Source: Oscillospiraceae bacterium (GTDB taxonomy: Bacteria > Bacillota > Clostridia > Oscillospirales > Oscillospiraceae). From it: 48,407 nt of DNA. This document shows, piece after piece, positions 43,480-48,407 of the stretch. The position numbers and the translations under genes are program-made. The stretch is taken from assembly GCA_017397075.1 (NCBI GenBank), contig JAFQKD010000081.1, positions 1 to 48,407 of the forward strand, in the 5' to 3' direction. The notes under the pieces are model-generated. The model saw only the letters and a list, made by a program, of their open reading frames with translations. It was not told where the DNA came from and did no database searches. The stretch's first letter is position 1. Every line of letters begins with the position of its first letter.

Positions 43480-44811
43480 ATGACTTCTTTAAAAGAACGC
43501 ATACGAAAATCCCGGCTTTTCTTCCTCTACAATCCCCGTGACCCCTACAGTCTCGGGCGTCTCATAATGCTCAGCAGCACAGCCACCGCAAACCTCGCCA
43601 GCGTCCTCACCACCGGTCTGTTTTATACCGGTTTTCTCATTGACAACGGCATAAATCTCACCAGTATCGGTATTCTCACCTTTGTACCGCCCATCACGAG
43701 CTGCTTCACCCTGCTTTCCCCCCTGATCCTTGAGCGGTTCAAAAAACGAAAATGGCTGCTGTTCTTCTTCCGCATGATGTACTACTCCATGTACATCCTT
43801 GGCGGAACGCTGGTGCCTCTGTTTGTCCATGACCCCGCCATGAAGGTGGTCTGTTTCGTGGTGGTGGTGTTCCTCGGTCATTCCTTCAACGCCCTTTCCT
43901 CCAGCGGTTTTTCCGCCTGGCATATCAATTTCATGCCGGATAATGTCCGTGCGGAGCACATCGGCATAAACTCCCTTGTGGCGAATATTTCCGCACAGGG
44001 CTTCGGTCTCATTTTCGCCCTCATTGCGGACGCCTTTGCAGGTACACCCGGAGAGTCCGGTCTCTTTATCACCCTGCGTTTCATTGCCTATGCGGTGGGC
44101 ATCTTTGACTGCATTCTGCTTCTTATCCCCAGGGAATTTCCCTACGGTTCCTCCGGCGAAAAGCCCCGCATCCGGGACATCTTCGTCAAATCCCTCAGAA
44201 ACAAAAAATTTGCCGGCTGCATCATGCTTCTCTGCATGTGGACCTTTGCCTACAACCTGCCGGCTTCCGTATTGAACTATCGCATCCTTGAGGAGCTGAA
44301 GCTGAGCTATTCCTACATTCAGGTCATCAACGTCATCTACCCCATCTTCGTCTTTGCCTTCCTTGTCCCCTGCCAGCGCTTTATCAAGAAGCTGGGCTGG
44401 CTGGAGACCATGAGCATCGGCATCTGTATGGATATCGTTTCCTTCTTTGCCTACGGTCTCGTGGTACCCGGAAACGTAAGCTGGCTTTTCCCCACCGTGC
44501 GTATTGTCCAGCATCTCTCCACCTCCCTGTTTTCCGGCATCCCGGTAAACAATCTGGTGTACTTCAACCTTCCTGATGAAGACCGCACCCATTATCTCAG
44601 CTTCTATATTCTGGCAAACAACGCCGCATCTTTTCTGGGACTCATGTGCGGCACATGGTTTGTCACCATCGCCCCGGATTTCAGCTTCCACATCGGCAGC
44701 ATCCACGTGGGGAACATTCAGTTTTTGCTGATGCTCCAGTCTCTCATGCTGCTTGTGATGCTCATCACCGTTCAGTTCACCAAAAAGAAGCTGCGCCCCA
44801 GCACCATGTGA
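43480..44811 (+). CDS. MFS-type (GPH-like?) 12-TM transporter, paralogue 2
   Basis: GGAGGTACTCCT-ATG. Shares blocks with paralogue 1, for example TTGLFYTxFLIxNGINL, ILERxxKRKW, SAWHINFxPxxVRAEHxGINS. Confidence 0.75.
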   Translation: MTSLKERIRKSRLFFLYNPRDPYSLGRLIMLSSTATANLASVLTTGLFYTGFLIDNGINLTSIGILTFVPPITSCFTLLSPLILERFKKRKWLLFFFRMMYYSMYILGGTLVPLFVHDPAMKVVCFVVVVFLGHSFNALSSSGFSAWHINFMPDNVRAEHIGINSLVANISAQGFGLIFALIADAFAGTPGESGLFITLRFIAYAVGIFDCILLLIPREFPYGSSGEKPRIRDIFVKSLRNKKFAGCIMLLCMWTFAYNLPASVLNYRILEELKLSYSYIQVINVIYPIFVFAFLVPCQRFIKKLGWLETMSIGICMDIVSFFAYGLVVPGNVSWLFPTVRIVQHLSTSLFSGIPVNNLVYFNLPDEDRTHYLSFYILANNAASFLGLMCGTWFVTIAPDFSFHIGSIHVGNIQFLLMLQSLMLLVMLITVQFTKKKLRPSTM

Positions 44812-44814
44812 CCC

Positions 44815-44850
44815 AATACCTCCGTCCGAAAAAGGACGGAGGTATTTTTT
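44815..44850 (+). terminator. Intrinsic terminator after the transporter pair
   Basis: 13-bp stem AATACCTCCGTCC / GGACGGAGGTATT followed by TTTTT. Confidence 0.9.
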
Positions 44851-44853
44851 CTG

Positions 44854-44882
44854 TTGCACTTGGGGAAAAGGCAGATTATAAT
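44854..44882 (+). promoter_or_regulatory. Sigma-A-type promoter of the dehydratase operon
   Basis: TTGCAC, 17-nt spacer, TATAAT. Confidence 0.7.
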
Positions 44883-44910
44883 GGCGGTAACCTGAAGGGA
44901 GGCTTACGGC

Positions 44911-45753
44911 ATGAAGCTGCATCTGTACAATCTGGTTTCCCGGGAGGAGATCTCTTCCCGAAATGTCCCGGATGCGGACTGGAAGACCGTTTCCGCAGGA
45001 GGCAGTGTCTTTACGCTGATAAGCCGCGAAGGCAGAGCCGCCGCCTTCCGCATCACGGAGGACGGAGAGGGCTGCCTCCCCGTTCCCCTTCCCCAAAACT
45101 GGCAGAATCTGAAGGAAGCTGCGGTAAGCTGTCTCCATGAGGGGCACATTGCCGCCTGCGACCTTTTCGGAAAGATCCATTTCTGCACCCCGGAAAAAGC
45201 CGATTGCGTGCGTTTTCCCAAGGGCGTGCAGAAAATCAGCTCCGGCTGTGTGCTTGCAGCGCTGACACCGGAGGGCAGGGTCTTTTACCGTGCCTATCAA
45301 AGCCGTTACGGCGGCGATGCATGGACGGATACCGGCTGGGAAAACGTTGCGGACATCTCCGCAGGTCCCCGGCGTCTTTGCGGCGTCACCGCAGACGGGC
45401 AGGTACTGCTGCAGTCCTTTGCAGGAAGCGCCGCGGACTTCTTTGAGCCAAGTCCACGTGGTCTCACTCAGGCATCCGCCGCTGCGGAAGGTCATACCGG
45501 GATCTATACCCTGCGGGACGGCAGGCTCTGTCTCAACGGCAGGATCCTCGGCGCGGGAAGCGATTTTACCGCACTTGGCTGCGGTGTCAGCACCACGCTG
45601 GAATTTGCCGTCTGCCGCAGAAGGGACGGCTCCTTCCTCACGGCGCTCACCGGCGGCACTTTTATTCCCTCATCCATGTTCATCCCCGATGCACAGTCTG
45701 TTGCCCTCTGGGATGCGGGAGACAGGTTCATGGCCTGTCTCAGCCAAGAATGA
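44911..45753 (+). CDS. Hypothetical protein with RCC1-like/beta-propeller-type repeats
   Basis: GGGAGG RBS. Repeating x-S-x-G-...-T-x-x-G-(R/Q)-V blade-like units (ISSGCVLAALTPEGRVF, ISAGPRRLCGVTADGQVL). Family not firmly recognised. Confidence 0.55.
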   Translation: MKLHLYNLVSREEISSRNVPDADWKTVSAGGSVFTLISREGRAAAFRITEDGEGCLPVPLPQNWQNLKEAAVSCLHEGHIAACDLFGKIHFCTPEKADCVRFPKGVQKISSGCVLAALTPEGRVFYRAYQSRYGGDAWTDTGWENVADISAGPRRLCGVTADGQVLLQSFAGSAADFFEPSPRGLTQASAAAEGHTGIYTLRDGRLCLNGRILGAGSDFTALGCGVSTTLEFAVCRRRDGSFLTALTGGTFIPSSMFIPDAQSVALWDAGDRFMACLSQE

Positions 45754-45775
45754 TTTCTGAAACGGAGGCAATCCC

Positions 45776-46885
45776 ATGAAAATCACCGGACTTCGCACCT
45801 GTTTCTCCGAACGCTGCCATTATCTCATCGTGGAGACCGACGAAGGCATCACCGGTCTCGGCGAGGCAACGCTCCATTCCCGTCAGCTTGCTGTGGACGG
45901 CGTATTCAAGCATCTGGAGCCGTATCTCATCGGCAAAGACCCCACCCGTATCGAGCATCTCTGGCAGGATATTTTCCGCGGCACCTTCTGGCGGGGCGGT
46001 CCTGTGCTGATGGCAGCGCTCTCCGCATTGGATCTTGCCCTGTGGGACATCAGGGGCAAGGCACTGAATGTCCCCGTCTACGATCTTCTCGGCGGCAAAT
46101 GCCGGGATAAGATCCGCGTCTACCTCGGCATCGGCGGAAACAGTCCCGAGGAGCTTGCGGAAAAGGGCATTGAAATGAAGGAAAAGGGCTACACTGCACT
46201 GCGCTTCTGCCCCTTTGACGGTCCGGGAAATGTGCTGGATATGGGTCCCGGCGTCCGCAAGGCTGTGAAATATACGCAAGCGCTGCGAAACGCCGTTGGC
46301 GAGGAAGTGGACCTTGTTCTGGAATGCCACACCCGTCTTACCCCTCCCGCAGCGGTGGAGCTCATGAACGCCGTCGAGCCGTATCACCCCATGTTCGTGG
46401 AGGATCCCATCCGTTCGGACAGTCCCGAGGTCTTCCGCAATCTCAGACGGCAGACCCGTCTGCCTCTCGGCACGGGAGAAAAGTTCGGCGCCATGTGGGA
46501 CTACAAGACCCTTATCGAAGAGGATCTCATTGACTATATCCGCACCGATATCTGCAACTGCGGCGGTATTTCTCAGATGCGGAAGATCGCAGCCTACGCC
46601 GAAGCCCATTACATGGAGATGGCGCCCCACGGCGTTCATCACGCAGGCTTTATGGGCGTGCTGCATATGGATTTCGCCACCCCGAACTTTGCCATTCAGG
46701 AAGACTGGATGAGCCTTACCCACCCGGAATGGCTGGATTACGATGTGACCCTCACCGACGGATATCTCACCATGGGCGACCGCCCCGGTCTTGGCGTCAC
46801 GCTTATTGAATCCGAGCTCAAACCCTTCAGCATGGTCGAACACCCCCACTGGCGCCGCAGTGACGGCGCCGTACAGGATTGGTAA
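45776..46885 (+). CDS. Enolase-superfamily dehydratase, D-galactonate dehydratase (DgoD)-family-like
   Basis: The N-terminus MKITGL...ETDEGITGLGEAT...YLIGKDP.RIEHLWQ...GGPVLMAALSALDLALWDI.GK closely parallels DgoD. Confidence 0.88.
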   Translation: MKITGLRTCFSERCHYLIVETDEGITGLGEATLHSRQLAVDGVFKHLEPYLIGKDPTRIEHLWQDIFRGTFWRGGPVLMAALSALDLALWDIRGKALNVPVYDLLGGKCRDKIRVYLGIGGNSPEELAEKGIEMKEKGYTALRFCPFDGPGNVLDMGPGVRKAVKYTQALRNAVGEEVDLVLECHTRLTPPAAVELMNAVEPYHPMFVEDPIRSDSPEVFRNLRRQTRLPLGTGEKFGAMWDYKTLIEEDLIDYIRTDICNCGGISQMRKIAAYAEAHYMEMAPHGVHHAGFMGVLHMDFATPNFAIQEDWMSLTHPEWLDYDVTLTDGYLTMGDRPGLGVTLIESELKPFSMVEHPHWRRSDGAVQDW

Positions 46886-46899
46886 TTGAGGTGAAAAAT

Positions 46900-47694
46900 A
46901 TGGAAAACAAAGTTTGCTTTCTCACAGGCTCCGGCTCCGGCAACGGACGGAGCATGGCACTGCGCATGGCTGAGCTCGGCTATGACATCGCCCTGCATCA
47001 TTCCGGAAGAGATCCCCAGAGCGCCGAAGAGATCCGCAGTCAGATCGCCGCTCTCGGCCGCAGAGCGGAAGTTTTTGTAGAGGATCTGAGTCAGTCCGGC
47101 GCTGCCGCAAGGCTTTTTTGTCAGTTTGCGGAAAAATTTGACCGGCTGGACATCTTCGTGAACAACGCCGGCATCACCCGCTTTTCCCGCATTCCCGAAA
47201 TGACGGAGGAAATGTACGACCAGCTCATGAACATTGACCTTCGGGCAGCCTGCTTCTGCATCAAGGAAGCCTGCCTTTTCATGCGCGAGCGGGGCATCAA
47301 GGGCTCCGTGGTCGCCATTGCCTCCAACCATCACAGCCGTCTTTGGCTCTCTGCCGCAGCATACGGCAGCGCCAAAGAGGCCATGTGCCGCTATGTGAAA
47401 TACGCTGCCATGGAGTTCTGCCGTGACGGCATCCGTGTAAACTGCATCGCTCCCGGCTACATCGACCGGGAATACGGCCAGAGCGACAAAACCAAAGAAA
47501 CCTTCGCCCGCATCAGCCGCACGGAGATCCCCATGCATCGCTTTGTCACCAGCCGGGAGATCGCCGACTGGACAGAGTTCATCTCCTCCCCCGCAGGACT
47601 TTCCCTCACCGGACAGACCATTGATCTGGACGGCGGCGCAAGCATCGTTGGTGCAGCCATGCAGGAGTACGGTCTCATTCTTGAGGAGGAATAA
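46900..47694 (+). CDS. SDR-family oxidoreductase
   Basis: ORF starts at 46879. ATG at 46900 follows GAGGTG. Motifs TGSGSGNG, NNAG and YGSAK. Confidence 0.88.
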   Translation: MENKVCFLTGSGSGNGRSMALRMAELGYDIALHHSGRDPQSAEEIRSQIAALGRRAEVFVEDLSQSGAAARLFCQFAEKFDRLDIFVNNAGITRFSRIPEMTEEMYDQLMNIDLRAACFCIKEACLFMRERGIKGSVVAIASNHHSRLWLSAAAYGSAKEAMCRYVKYAAMEFCRDGIRVNCIAPGYIDREYGQSDKTKETFARISRTEIPMHRFVTSREIADWTEFISSPAGLSLTGQTIDLDGGASIVGAAMQEYGLILEEE

Positions 47695-47696
47695 TC

Positions 47697-48407
47697 ATGC
47701 GTCTCGGTCTTAACGCGGTTCTTTCCCACCGCACACCTGAGGAATGGGCAGAAAAGACCCATGCACTTGGATTTCGCGCAAGCGTGCTTCCCTGCGGAGC
47801 GGAGGATGATGTGGAAGCCTACGTCTCTGCCGCAGCGGCATATGACATCCGCATCGCGGAGGTTGGGGCATGGTCAAATCCCCTTTCTCCCGACCCGGAT
47901 ATCCGCGCAAGGGATCTTGCCTTCTGCAAAAAGCAGCTTGCCCTTGCCGACCGCGCAGGTGCAAACTGCTGCGTGAACATTTCCGGCGCCCGTGGCCCCG
48001 TTTGGGATGCGGGCTATGCGGAAAATTACACGAAAGAGACCAGAAAGCTCCTCATTGACACTGTACGGGAGATCCTGGACTCCGTGAATCCCAAAAACAC
48101 ATACTACACCCTTGAGCCCATGCCCTTCATGCGCCCCTGGAGCCCTGAGGACTACGCGCAGCTTATCCGGGATGTGGATCATCCCCGGTTTGCCGTGCAT
48201 CTTGACGCGCTGAATATGGTGTCCTCCGCAGAAACCTATTTTGACACCCCGGGACTTCTGCGCCGCTGCTTTGCCCTTTTGGGAAAGCATATCCGCTCCT
48301 GCCATCTGAAGGATGTGACCCTCGACCACGGCGGCATCTGTCTGCTGAAGGAAGTCCCCTGCTTTAAAGGCGGGTTCGATCTTGTGACCTATATGCGCCT
48401 TGCCCAC
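47697..48407 (+). CDS. Sugar-phosphate isomerase/epimerase (xylose-isomerase-like TIM barrel), 3'-truncated by the window end
   Basis: Not in the ORF track because it has no stop. Hand-translated as 237 open codons from the ATG at 47697 (GAGGAGG RBS): MRLGLNAVLSHRTPEEWAEK...HLDALNMV...CHLKDV. Confidence 0.75.
   Translation, partial: MRLGLNAVLSHRTPEEWAEKTHALGFRASVLPCGAEDDVEAYVSAAAAYDIRIAEVGAWSNPLSPDPDIRARDLAFCKKQLALADRAGANCCVNISGARGPVWDAGYAENYTKETRKLLIDTVREILDSVNPKNTYYTLEPMPFMRPWSPEDYAQLIRDVDHPRFAVHLDALNMVSSAETYFDTPGLLRRCFALLGKHIRSCHLKDVTLDHGGICLLKEVPCFKGGFDLVTYMRLAH

Noticed and set aside
43489-45495. 668-aa ORF on the - strand
   Set aside because: It is antisense to transporter paralogue 2, a strong terminator/promoter pair and the next operon. 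No domain was recognised. GC-composition artefact.
1-48407. Window-wide scan for tRNA/rRNA signatures, CRISPR-like spaced repeats, IS inverted repeats and integrase, transposase or RT genes
   Set aside because: None were recognised by eye. The only spaced or tandem repeats are the in-frame His/Cys repeat (26070-26290) and the repeats inside 34845-35431.

Overview
GC-rich Clostridia-type chromosomal segment. From gene content (dpaA/dpaB, a spoVB/yabM-mazG-hup-yabO block, DnaD/DnaC-like loader genes) my guess is an Oscillospiraceae/Ruminococcaceae-like spore-former. I call about 49 protein-coding genes, almost all housekeeping or metabolic:
- O-acylation module: MBOAT, AlgX/DHHW-like protein, DUF4358-like lipoprotein
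- GH127 glycosidase and a Ca/Na antiporter
- nagB-glmM amino-sugar genes
- MFS and MATE transporters
- Fe-type alcohol dehydrogenase
- queH-queT
- amino-acid ABC transporter plus an M20 amidohydrolase
- rlmA-greA-patB
- a COG0523 metallochaperone pair
- NUDIX hydrolase, Sir2 deacylase, IMP dehydrogenase
- two FAD flavoproteins
- an acid-sugar-like catabolic locus that runs off the 3' end

I found no rRNA, tRNA, CRISPR array, transposase, integrase, reverse transcriptase or recognisable defence gene. Many very long antisense ORFs in the track are GC-composition artefacts.

Four things are not explained by ordinary genes:
1. A 594-bp ORF-free, hairpin-dense segment between two convergent genes (34842-35435). 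It is bounded by a duplicated 22-nt hairpin and carries an internal exact 18-nt direct repeat. It is either a large structured RNA or a non-autonomous repeat element.
2. A roughly 170-nt multi-stem, pseudoknot-capable leader between a sigma-A-type promoter and the RBS of the IMP dehydrogenase gene. This is a riboswitch candidate of a class I cannot identify.
3. A His/Cys-only tandem-repeat cassette inside a COG0523 GTPase, which is paired with a CxCC-less paralogue.
4. A same-orientation cluster of DnaA boxes between the helicase-loader genes and the spoVB-like gene.

All folds, promoters and family calls were made by eye from the sequence. No searches or energy calculations were possible.
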